Source: the human T2T-CHM13v2.0 reference genome, Homo sapiens. From it: DNA of 64,000 nt. The stretch lies in assembly GCF_009914755.1 (NCBI RefSeq), contig NC_060929.1; one strand, written 5' to 3'. A program made the position numbers and the translations under genes. The notes beneath the pieces are model-generated. The model ran no database searches. It worked only from the letters and a program-made list of their open reading frames with translations, and had not been told where the DNA came from. Position 1 is the stretch's first letter. Each line of letters begins with the position of its first letter. Shown one piece after another: positions 15,501 to 31,151 of this stretch.

Positions 15501-18500
15501 AATAGGCCTCAAGGCGCTCCAAATATCCACTTGCAGATTCTACAAAAAGAGCGTTTTCAAACTGCTCAATCAAAAGAAAGATTCAACTCTGTGAGATGAA
15601 TGCTCACATCACAAAGAAGTTTCTCAGAATGCTTCTGTGTAGTTTTAATTTGTAGATATTTCCTTTTCCACCATAGGCCACAAAAGGCTCCAAATATCCA
15701 CTTACAGATTCTACAAAAAGAGAGTTTCAAAGCTGCTCAATCAAAAGATATGTTCAACTCTGTGAGTAGATTACACACATCACAAAGTAGTTTCTCACAA
15801 TGCTTCTGTGTAGTTTCTATGTGAAGATATTTCCTTTTCCACCATAGACTGCAAATGGCTCCACATATCCACTTGCAGATTCTACAAAAAGAGTTTCAAA
15901 CTGCTCAATTAAAAGATAATTTCAACTCTGTGAGTTGATTGCACACATCAAAATGAAGTTTCCCAGAATGCTTCTGTGTAGTTGTTATGTGAAGGTATTT
16001 CCTTTTCCACCATAGGCCACAAATGTCTCCAAATATCCACTTGCAGACTCTACAAAAAGAGAGTTTCAAAACTGCTCAATCAAAAGAAAGGTTCAACTCT
16101 CTGAGATGAAGGCCCATGTCACGAAGACGTTTCTCAGAATGCTTCTGTGTAGTGTTTATGTGAACATATTTCCTTTTCCACAATTCGCCTCAAAGCACTC
16201 CAAATATCCACTTGCAGATTCCATAAAAAGAGATTTTCAAAACTGCTCAATCAAAAGAAAAGTTCAACTCTGTGAGATGAATGCACACATCAAAAAGTAG
16301 TTTCTCAGAATGTTTCTTTGTAGTTTTTGTGTGAAGATGTTCCCTTTTCCTGAATAGGCCTCAAAGCACTCCAAATATCCACTTGCAGATTCTAAAAAAA
16401 GAGAGTTTCCCCACTGCTCAAACAAAAGAAAGGATCACCTCTGTGAGATGAATGCTCACATCGCAAAGAAGTTTCTCAGCATGCTTCTGTGTAGTGTTTA
16501 TGTGAAGATATTTCCTTTTCCACAATAGGCTTCAAAGCTCTCCAAATATCTACTTACAGAATCTACAAAAAGAGTGTTTCAAAACTGCTCAATCAAAAGA
16601 AAGGTTCAGCTCTGTGAGATGAATGCACACATCACAAAGAAGTTTCTCAGAATGATTCTGTGTAGTTTCTATGTGAAAATATTTCCTTTTCCACTATAGG
16701 ATGCAAAAGGCTCCAAATATCCACTTGCAGATTCTACAAAAAGAGTGTTTCAAACTACTCTTTCAAAAGATAGGTTCAACTCTGTGAGTTGACTGCACAC
16801 GTCACAAAGAAGTTTCTCAGAATTCTTCTCTATAGCTTTTATGTGAACATATATCCTTTTCAACCATAGGCCACAAATAGCTCCAAATATCCACTTGCAG
16901 ATTCAACAAAAAGAAGTTTCAAAACTGTTCAATCAAAAATAAGGTTCAACTATGTGAGATGAATGCACACATCACAAAGAAGTTTTTCAAAATGCTTCTG
17001 TGTAGTTTTTATGTGAAGATATTTCCTTTTCCCCCATAGGCCACAAACGGTTCCAAATATCCACTTGCAGATTCTACAAAAAGAGACTTTCAAAACTGCT
17101 CAATCAGAAGATGGGTTTAAATCTGTGAGTTGACTGCACACATCACAAAGAAGTTTCTCAGAATGCTTCTGTATAGTTTTTATGTGAAGATAGTTCCTTT
17201 TCCAGCTTAACCCTCAAAACGCTCCAAACATCCACTTGTGGAATCCACAAAAAGAGTGTTTCAAAACTGCTCAATGAAAAGATAGGTTCACCTACGTGAG
17301 TGCAATGCACACATCAAAAACAAGTTTCACAGAATGCTTCTATGTACTTTTTATGTGAAGATATTACCTTTTCCACGATAGGACTCAAAGCGCTCCAAAT
17401 ATCCACTTGCAGATTCTTCAAAAAGAAGTTTCCAAACTGCTCAATCAAAAGAAATCCTCAACTCTGTGAGATAAATGCACATATCACAAAGAAGTTTCTC
17501 AGAATGTTTTTGAGTAGTTTTTATGTGAAGATATTTCCTTTTCCACCATAGGCCTCAAAGCACTCCAAATATCCACTTGCAGATTCAATAAAAAGAGTGT
17601 TTCAAAACTGCTCAATCAAAAGAAGGTTTCAACTCTGTGAGATGTATGCACACATCACTAAGTAATTTCTCAGAATTATTCTGCGTATTTTTTCTGTGAA
17701 GATATTTCCTTTTCCACCATTGGCCTCAAAGCACTCCAAATATCCACATGCAGACTCTACAAAAAGAATATTTCAAAACTACTCAATCAAAAGAAAGTTT
17801 CAACTCTGTGACATGAATGCACACACCACAAAGAATTTTCTCAGAATGCTTCTGTGTAGTTTTTATTTGAATATATTTCCTTTTCCACCATAAGCTGCAA
17901 ACGGCTCCAAGTATCCATTTGCAGATTTTCCAGAAAGGGAGTTTCAAAACTGCTCAATCAAAGATAGGTTCAACACTGAGAGTTGAAGGCACACATCACA
18001 AAGAACGTTCTCAGAATGCTTCTGTGTAGTTTTTATGTGAAGATATTTCCCTTTCCACAATAGGCCTCAAAGCACTCCAAATATCCACCTGTAGTTTCTA
18101 CAAAAAGAGTGTTTCAAAACTGCTCTATCAAAAGAAAGTTTCAACTCTGTGACATGAATGCACACACCACAAAGAATTTTCTAAGAATGCTTCGGTGTAG
18201 TTTTTAATTGAAGATATTTCCTTTTCCACCATAAGCTGCAAATGGGTCCAAATATCAATTTGCAGATTTTCCAAAAAAGGAGTTTCAAAACTGCTCAATC
18301 AAAGATAGGTTCAACACTGAGAGTTGAATGCACACATAGCAAATAAGTTTCTCAGAATTCTTCTGTGTAGTTTTTATGTGAAGATATTTCCCTTTCCACA
18401 ATAGGCCTCAAAGCGATCCAAATATCCACCTGTAGTTTGGACAAAAAGAGTATTTCCAAACTGCTCAATCAAAAGAAACGTTCAATTCTCTGATATGAAT

Positions 18501-18539
18501 GCACACATCACAAAGAAGTTCCTCAGAATGATTTTTTTT
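12578..18539 (-). repeat. Alpha satellite, ~171-bp monomers with local trimer and dimer duplications
   Basis: About 35 monomers in the same orientation. Duplicated blocks at ~14575-15540 and ~17780-18460. Confidence 0.97.
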
Positions 18540-18745
18540 ATTATACTTTAAGTTTTAGGGTACATGTGCACATTGTGCAAGTTAGTTACATATGTATACA
18601 TGTGTGTCATGCTGGTGCGCTGCAACCACTACCTCGTCATCTAGCATTAGGTATATCTCCCAATGCTACCCCTCACCCCGCCCCCACCCCACAACAGTCC
18701 CCAGAGTGTGATAGTAACCTTCCTGTGTCCATGTGATCTCATTGT

Positions 18746-22464
<3,719 letters not shown>

Positions 22465-22527
22465 TATGATGTTAGTTGGTGATTTTGCTCGTTAGTTGAT
22501 GCAGTTTCTTCCTAGTCTCGATGGTCT

Positions 22528-23543
22528 TTACATTTTGGCATGATTTTGCAGCGACTGGTACCAGTTGTTCCTTTCCATGTTTAGCGCTTCCTTCAGGAGC
22601 TCTTTTATGGCAGGCCTGGTGGTGACAAAATCTCTCAGCATTTGCTTGTCTGTAAATTATTTTATTTCTCCTTCACTCACGAAGCTTAGTTTGGCTGGAT
22701 ATGAAATTCTGGGTTGAAAATTCTTTTCTTTAAGAATGTTGAATATTGGCCCCCACTCTCTTCTGGCTTGTAGGGTTTCTGCCCAGAGATCCACTGTTAG
22801 TCTGATGGGCTTCCCTTTGAGGGTAGCCCCACCTTTCTCTCTGGCTGCCCTTAACATTTTTTCCTTCATTTCAACTTTGGTGAATATGACAGTTATATGT
22901 CTTGGAGTTGCTCTTCTCGAGGAGTATCTTTGTGTCGTTCTCTGTATTTCCTTAATCTGAACGTTGGCCTGCCTTGCTAGATTGGAGAAATTCTCCTGGA
23001 TAATATCCTGCAGAGTCTTTTCCAACTTGGTTCCATCCTCCCCGTCACTTTCAGGTACACCAATCAGACGTAGATTTGGTCTTTTCACATAGTCGCATAT
23101 TTCTTGGAGGCTTTGCTCATTTCTTTTTATTCTTTTTTCTCTAAACTTCCCTTCTCGCTTCATTTCATTCATTTCATCTTTCATTGCTGATACCCTTCTT
23201 GCAGTTGATCGCATCAGCTCCTGAGGCTTCTGCATTCTTCATATAGTTCTCGAGCCTTGGTTTTCAGCTCCATCTGCTCCTTTAAGCACTCCTCTGTATT
23301 GGTTATTCTAGTTATACATTCTTCTAAATTTTTTTCAAAGTTTTCAACTTCTTTGCCTTTGGTTTGAATGTCCTCCCATAGCTCAGAGTAATTTGATCAT
23401 CTGAAGCCTTCTTCTCTCAACTCGTCAAAGTCATTCTCCATCCAGCTTTGTTCCGTTGCTGGTGAGGAACTGCGTTCCTTTGGAGGAGGAGAGGCGCTCT
23501 GCTTTTTAGAGTTTCCAGTTTTTCTGTTCTGTTTTTTCCGCAT
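22528..23543 (-). pseudogene. ORF1: LINE-1 ORF1p, disrupted
   Basis: ATG (cat) at 23541-23543 and native stop (tta) at 22528-22530. REKRIKRNEQSLQEI, RPNLRLIGVPE and YPAKLS motifs are present. Frameshift near 23195 and premature stop at 22657. Confidence 0.93.
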
Positions 23544-24451
23544 CTTTTTGGTTTTATCTACTTTTGGTCTTTGATGACGGTGATGTGCAGATGGGTTTTT
23601 GGTGTGGATGTCCTTTCTGTTTGTTAGTTTTCCTTCTAACAGACAGGACCCTCAGCTTCAGGTCTGCTGGAATACCCTGCCATGTGAGGTGTCAGTGTGC
23701 CCCTGCTGGGCGGTGCCTCCCAGTTAGGCTGCTTGGCTGTCAGCGGTCAGGGACCTACTTGAGGAGGCAGTCTGCCCATTCTCAGATCTTCAGCTGTGTG
23801 CTGGGAGAACCACTGCTCTCTTCAAAGCTGTCAGACAGGGACATTTAAGTCTGCCGAGGTTACTGCTGTCTTTTTGTTTGTCTGTTCCCTGCCCCCAGAG
23901 GTGGAGCCTACAGAGGCAGGCAGGCCTCCTTGAGCTGTGGAGGGCTCCACTCAGTTCGAGCTTCCCAGCTGCTTTGTTTACCTAAGCAAGCGTGGGCAAT
24001 GGCGGGCGCCCCTCCCCCAGCCTCACTGCCACCTTGTAGTTTGATCTCAGACTGCTGTGCTAGCAATTAACAAAACTCCGTGGGCATAGGACCCTCCAAG
24101 CCAGGTGCAGGATATAATCTCCTGATGTGCCATTTTTTAAACCGGTCAGAAAAGCCCAGTATTCAGGTGGCAGTGACCCGATTTTCCAGGTTCTTCTGTC
24201 ACCCCTTTCTTTGACTCAGAAAGGGAACTCCCTGACCCCTTGCACTTCTCAAGTGAGGCAATGCCTCGCCCTGCTTCGGCTTGTGCACAGTGTGTGCACC
24301 CACTGTCCTGCACCCACTGTCTGGCACTCCCTAGTGATATGAACCCATTACCTCAGATGGAAATGCAGAAATCACCCATCTTCTGCATCACTCACGCTGG
24401 GAGCTGTAGACCAGAGCTGTTACTATTCAGCCATCTTGGCTCCTCCCCTCC
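23544..24451 (-). promoter_or_regulatory. L1 5'UTR internal promoter (YY1 site, antisense promoter region), CpG-decayed, lacks the 129-bp ZNF93 segment
   Basis: ~910-bp 5'UTR. YY1 core caagatggc at ~24430-24438 (- strand). At ~23660-23685 the - strand reads cacatggcagggtattccagcagacc, the deleted configuration. Confidence 0.85.
23999..24214 (+). pseudogene. ORF0: L1 ORF0 (antisense 5'UTR ORF), truncated by a stop at codon 24
   Basis: atggcgggcgcccctcccccagcc translates to MAGAPPPASLPPCSLISDCCASN, followed by TAA at 24068-24070. Confidence 0.8.
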
Positions 24452-27400
24452 CAGAATGATTTTTTTTTGTTTTTATGTGAAGATATTTCCTTTTACAATA
24501 TGCCTCAAAGCGTTCCAAATATCCACTTGCAGATTCTACAAAAAGAGAGTTTCAAAACTGCTCAATCAAAGAAAGGTTCACCTCTCTGATATGAATGCAC
24601 ACATCAAAAAGAAGTTTCTCAGAATGCTTCTGTGTAGTTTTTAGGTGAAGATATTTCCTTTTCCACAATACGCCTCAAGGCCCTCCAAATATCCACTTGC
24701 AGGTTCTACGAAAACAGTGTTTCCAAACTGCTCAATCAAAGGAAACTTTCAACTCTGTGAGATGAATGCACACATCACAAAGAAGCTTCTCAGAATAATT
24801 CTGTGTAGTTTTTATGTGAAGATATTTCCCTTTCCACAATAGGCCTCAAAGCGCTCCAAATATACATTTGTAGATTCTACAAAAAGAGTGTTTACAAACT
24901 GCTCAATCAAAAGAAACATTCAATTCCCTGAGATGAATGCACACTTTGCAAAGAAGTTTCTCAGAATGATTTTGTGTAGTTTTTATGTGAAGATATTTCC
25001 TTTTCCACCATTGGCCCCAAAGGCTCCAAATGTCCACTTGCAGATTCTACAAAAAGAGAGTTTCTGCTCTATCAAAAGATAGGTTTAACTCTGTGAGTTG
25101 AATGCACACATCCCAAAGATGTTTCTCAGAATGTTTCTGTGTAGTTTTTATGTGAAGATATTTCCTTTTCCACAGTAGGTCAAAGTGCTCCATATATCCC
25201 CATGCAGATTCTACAAAAAGAGTGTTTCAAAACTGCTCAATCAAAAGAAAGGTTCAACTCTTTCAGATGAATGCACAGATCAAAAAGAAGTTCCTCAGAA
25301 TGCTTCTGTGCACTTTTTATGTGAAAATTTTTCCCTTTCCACAATAGGCCACAAAGCGCTCCAAATATCCACTTGCAAATTCTACAAAAAGAGTGTTTCA
25401 AACTGCTAAATCAAAAGAAAGTATCAACTCTCTGAGATGAATGCACACATCACAGAGAAGTTTCTCAGAATACTTCTGTGTAGTTTTTATGTGAAAATAT
25501 TTCCTTTTGCACCATAGGCCGCAAGGTGCTCCAAATATCCACTTGCAGATTCTACAAAAAGAGTGTTTCAAAACTGCTCAATCAAAAGAACGGTTCAATT
25601 CTGTGAAATGAATGCACACATCACAAAGATGGCTCTCAGAAAGCTTCTGGGTAGTTTTTATGTGAAGATATTTCCTTTTCCAAAATATGCCTCAAAGCGC
25701 TCCAAATATCCACTTGCAGATTCTACAAAAAGAGTGTTTCCAAACTGCTCAATCAAAAGAAACTTTCAACTCTGTTAGATGAATACACACATCACAAAGA
25801 ACTTTCTCTCTATTTTTTTGTGTAATTTTTATGTGGAGATATTTTGTTTTCCACCGTAGGCTGCAAATGGCTCCAAATATCCACTTGCTGATTCTACAAA
25901 GAGAGAGTTTCAAAACTGCACAATCAAAAGAAAGCTTCAGCTCTCTGAAGTGAAAGTACACTTCACAAAGGAGTTTCTCAGAATGCTTCTGTGTAGCTTT
26001 TATGTGAAGATATTTCCTTTTCCACAATAGACCTCAAAGCACTCCAAATATCCACCTGCAGATTCTACAAAAAGATTGTCTCAAAACTGCTCAATCAAAG
26101 AAAGCTTCAACTCTGTTAGAATAATGCACACATCACAAAGAAATTTATCAGAATACTTCTGTGTAGTTTTTGTGTGAAGATATTTCCTTTTCCATCATAG
26201 GCCACCAAGGGCTCCAAACATCCACTTGCAGATATTCCAAAAAGTGAGATTCAAAACTGCTCAATCAAAGGATAGTTTCACCTCTGTGAGTTGAATGCAC
26301 GCATCACCAATTACTTTCTAAGAATGCTTCTTTGTAGTTTTTGTGTGAAGATATTTCCTTTTCCACAATAGGGCTCAAAGCGCACCAAATATCTACTTGC
26401 AGATTATTCAAAAAAGAATGTTTCAAAGTTACTCTATCAAAAGAAATGTTCACCTCTGTGAGATGAATGCACACATCGCAAAGAGGTTTCTCAGAATCCT
26501 TCTGTGTAGTTTTTATGTGAAGATATTTCCTTTTCTCAATAGCCCTCACAGCTCTCCAAATATCCACATGTAGATTCTACAAAAAGAGTGTTTCAAAACT
26601 GCTGAATTAAAGGAAATGTTCAACTCTGTGAGATCAATGCATACATCACAAAGATGTTTCTCAGAATGTTTCTGTGTAATTTTTATGTGAAGATATTTCC
26701 TTTTCCACTATAGGCTGCAAAGCACTCAAAATATCCATTTTATATTCTACAAAAAGAGAGTTCGTAAACAGCTCTATCAACAGATAGGTTGAACTCTGTG
26801 AGTTGAATGAACACATCACAAAGAAGTTCATTAGAATTCTTCTGTGTAGTTTTTATGTGAAGATATTTCCTTTTCAACCATAGACCTCAAAGTGCTCCAA
26901 ATATCCACTTGCAGATTCGACAAAAAGAGAGTTTCAAAATTCCTCAATCAAAAGAGATTTTCAACTCTGTGAGTTGAATGCACTCATCACAAAGAAGTTT
27001 CTCTGAATGCTTCTGTGTAGTTTTTGTGTGAAGATATTTCCTTTTCCACAATAGGCCTCAAAGTGATCCAAATATCCACTTGCATATCCTTCAAAATGAG
27101 TGTTTCCAAACTGCTCAATCAAAAGAAATTCAACTCTGTGTGATGAATGCACACATTGCAAAGAAGTTTCTCAAAATGTTTCTATGTAGTTTTTATGTGA
27201 AGATATTTCCTTTTCCACAATACACCTCAGAGCGATCCAAATTTCCACCTGTACGTTCTACAACAAGAGTGTTTCAAAACAGCTCAATCAAAAGAAAGAC
27301 TGAACTCTGTGAGATGAATGCACACAACACAAAGAAGTTTCTTAGAATATTTCTATGTAGTTTTTATGTGAAGATACTTCCTTTTCCACAACAGGCCTCA

Positions 27401-30203
27401 GAGCAGTCCAAATATACACCTGCAGATTCTACATAGAGATTGTTTCAAAACTGCTCAATCAAAACAAGGGTTCAACTCTGTGAGATGAACGCACATATCA
27501 CAAAGAAGTTTCTCGGAATTCTTCTGTGTAGTTTTTATTTGAAGATATTTCCTTTTCCACCTTATGCCTCAAAACGTTCCAAATATCCATATGCAGATCC
27601 TACAAAAAGAGTTTTTCCAAACTGCTCAATCAAAAGAATGTTTCAACACTTTGAGATGAATGCACACATTGCAAAATTCTTTCTCAGGATGCTTCTGTGT
27701 AGTTTTTATGTGAAGATATTTCCTTTTCCACAATAGTCCTCAAAGCACTCCAAATATCCACTTGCAGTTGCTACTAAAAGAGTGTTTCAAAACTGCTCAA
27801 TCAAAAGAAATGTTCAACTCTGTTAGATGAATGCACACATTGCAAATTATTTTCTCATAATGCTTCTGTGTGGTTTTTATGTGGAGATATTTCCATTTCA
27901 AACTTAGTCCTCAAAGAGATCCAAATATCCACTTGCAGATAATACAAAAGGAGTGTTTCAAAACTGCTAAATCCAAATAATGCTCAACTCTCTGAGACGA
28001 ATGCATACATCACAAAGCAGTTCCTCAGAATGCTTCCGTGTAGATTTTATTTGAAGATTTTTTTTCCACAATAGGCCTCAAAGGACTCCAAATATCCACT
28101 TGCAGATTCTACAAAAAGAGTGCTTCCAAACTGCTCAATCAAAAGAAAGGTTCAACTCTGTCAGATGAATGCACACATCACAAAGAAGTTTCACAGAATG
28201 CTTCTGTGTAGTTTTTATGTGAAGATATTTCTCTTTCCACCATAGACCTCAAAGTGCTGCAAATATTCACTTGCAGATTGTACAAAAAGTGAGTTTCAAA
28301 ACTGCTCCATCAAAAGATAGGTTCAACTCTGTGAATTGAATGCACACATCAAAAAGAAGATTCTCAGAATTCTTCTGTATAGTTTTTATTTGTATATATT
28401 TCCTTTACCACCTTAGGCCTCAAAATGTTCCAAATATCCACCTGCATATTCTACAAAAAAAAAAGTGGTTCATAACAGCTCATTCAACAGAAAGGGTCAA
28501 CTCTGGCAGATGAATTCACACATCACAAAGAAGTTTCTCAGAGGGCTTCTGTGTAGTTTTTATGTGAACATATTTCCTTTTCCACCTTTGGCCAGAAAGG
28601 CTCCAAATACCCACTTGCAGATTCTACAAAAAGAGAGTTTCAAAACTGCTCCATCAAAAGATAGGTTCAACTCTGTGAGTTGAATGCACACATCACAAAG
28701 TAGTTTCTCAGAATGCTTCTGTGTAGTTTTTATGTGAAGATATTTCCTTTTCCATCATAGGCCTCAAAGTGTTCCAAATATCCACTTGCAGATCCCACAA
28801 AAAGAGTGTTTCCAAACTGCTCAATCAAAAGAAAGCCTCAACTCTGTGAGACTAATGCACACATCACAAAGAAGTTTCTCAAATTGCATGTGTGTATCTT
28901 TTATGTGAAGATATTTCCTTATACACATTAGGCGTAAAAGCACTCCAAATATCCCCTTACAGATTCTACAAAAAGAGTGTTTCAAAACTGCTCCATCAAA
29001 GGAAATGTTCAACTCTGTGAGATTAATGCACACATCACAAAGCAGTTTCTCAGAATGCTTCTGTGCAGTTTTTATGTGAAGATATTTCCTTTTCCACAAT
29101 AGACCCCAAAGCGCTCCAAATATCCACTTGCAGATTCTACAAAAAGAGTGTTTCCAAACTGCTCACTCAAAAGATAGGTTCAACACTGTGAGTTTAATGC
29201 ACACATCATAAAGAAGTTTCACAGAATACTTCTTTGTAATTTTTATTTTAAGATATTTCCTTTTCTACCATAGGCCTCAAAGTGATCCAAATGTCCACTT
29301 GCACATTCTTCAAAAAGAGTGTTTCCAAACGGCTCAGAGAAATGTTCAACTCTGTGAGATGAATGCACACATCACAAAGAAGTTTCTCAGAATACTTCCA
29401 CGTACTTTGTATGTGAAGATATTTCCTTTTCCACAATATGCCTCAAAGTGCTCCAAATATCCACCTGCATATTCTACAAAAAGAGTGTTTCAAAACAGCT
29501 CAATCAAAAGAAAGTTTCAACCCTGTGAGATGAATGCACACATCACAAAGAAGTTTCTCAGAAAGCTTCTGTGTAGTTTTTATGAGAAGATATTTCCTTT
29601 TCCACCATTAGCCACAAAACAACTCCACATACCCACGTACAGATTCTACAAAAAGAGAGTTTCAAAACTGCTCTATCAAAATATAGTTTCAACTCTGTGA
29701 GTTGAATGCACTCGTCACAAAGAAGTTTCTCAGAATGCTTCAGTGTAGTTTTTATGTGAATATATTTCCTTTTCCACCATAGGCCTCAAAGCGTTCCAAA
29801 TATCCACTTGCAGATCCTTCAAAAAGAGTGTTTCCAAACTGCTCAATGAAAAGAAAGCTTCAACTCTATGACATTAATGCACACATCACAAAGAAGTTTC
29901 TCAGAATGCATCTGTGCAGTTTTTATGTGAAGATGTTTCCTTATCCACAATAGGCCTAAAATGGCACCAAATATCCCCTTGCAGATTCTACAAAAAAAGT
30001 GTTTCAAAACTGCTCAATGAAAATAAATTTTCAACTCTGTGAGATGAATGCACACATCACAAAGCAGTTTCTCAGACTGTTCCATGTAGTTTTTATGTGA
30101 AGATATTTCCTTTTCCACAATAGGCCTCAAAGCGCTCCAAATATCCACTTGTGGAATCTACAAAAAGAGTGTTTCCAAACAGCTGAATCAAAAGAAAGGT
30201 TCA
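24452..30203 (-). repeat. Alpha satellite, ~171-bp monomers
   Basis: About 33 monomers in the same orientation, A-type boxes. Confidence 0.97.
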
Positions 30204-30327
30204 GGGGAGGAGCCAAGATGGCCAAATAGGAACAGCTCTGGTCTACAGCTCCCAGCATGAGCGACGCAGAAGACAGGTGATTTCTGCATTTCCATCTGTG
30301 GTACTGGGTTCATCTCACTAGAGAGTG
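30204..30327 (+). mobile_element. L1-D: first ~124 nt of an L1PA 5'UTR (rest lost)
   Basis: ggggaggagccaagatggccaaataggaacagctc...catctcactagagagtg, with an intact YY1 site. Ends abruptly in MER11 sequence. Confidence 0.92.
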
Positions 30328-31151
30328 AGGAGGATATATGTCACCTCAGGATCCTGTGATGATTGCATTAGCTGCACAAATTGTGTGTAGAGCATGTGTG
30401 TTTGAACACTATGAAATCTGGGTACCTTGGAAAAAGAACAGGGTGGCAGCAATGTTCAGGGAAGAAGATAGATAACCTTAAACTCAGACTCCTGGTGAGC
30501 CTGGTGGAACAGAGCCATATTTCTCTTCTTTCAAAGCAAATGGGAGAAGTATCTCTGAATTCTTTTTCTCAGCAAGAAACATCCCAGAGAAAGATAATGC
30601 ATACCTGAGGGTAGGCATCTGAAATGGCTGCTTTGGGGGTGGCTGTCTTTTATGGTCACAGCTGTAGAGATGAAATGAGCCCCAGTCTCCTGTAGCTCTC
30701 CCAGGCTTATTAGGAGGAGAAAATTCCCGCCTAATAAATTTTGGTCAGACCAGTTTTCTGCTCTCAAACCCTGTTTATGATAAGATGATATCAATGACAA
30801 TGCAAGCCAGAAACTTCATTAGCAATTTTAAATTCACTCCAGTCCTGTGTCCTGTAATCTTGCCCTACCTCCTTTTACCTTGTGATATCTTATTACTTTG
30901 TGAAGCCTGAGATCTCTGTGATCCACACCCTACCGTATACTCCTTCCCCTTTTGAAAATCACTAGTAAAAACTTGCTGGCTTTGTGGCTTGTGGCCCATC
31001 ACAGAACCTGCAGCAATGTGATGTCTACCCCAGACACCAAGCTTTCAAATTTCTCTCTTGCACTCCGTCCCTTTATTTCTCAGATGGGCTGACATTTAGG
31101 GAAAATAGAAAAGAACCTACGTGACATATCAGGGGTGAATTTCACCTGATA
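30326..31151 (+). mobile_element. MER11 LTR (HERV-K11/HML-8), missing the first ~250 bp
   Basis: tgaggaggatatatgtcacctcagga...gaacctacgtgacatatcaggggtgaatttcacctgata. Clearly homologous to the reverse complement of 45306-46413. Confidence 0.9.
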
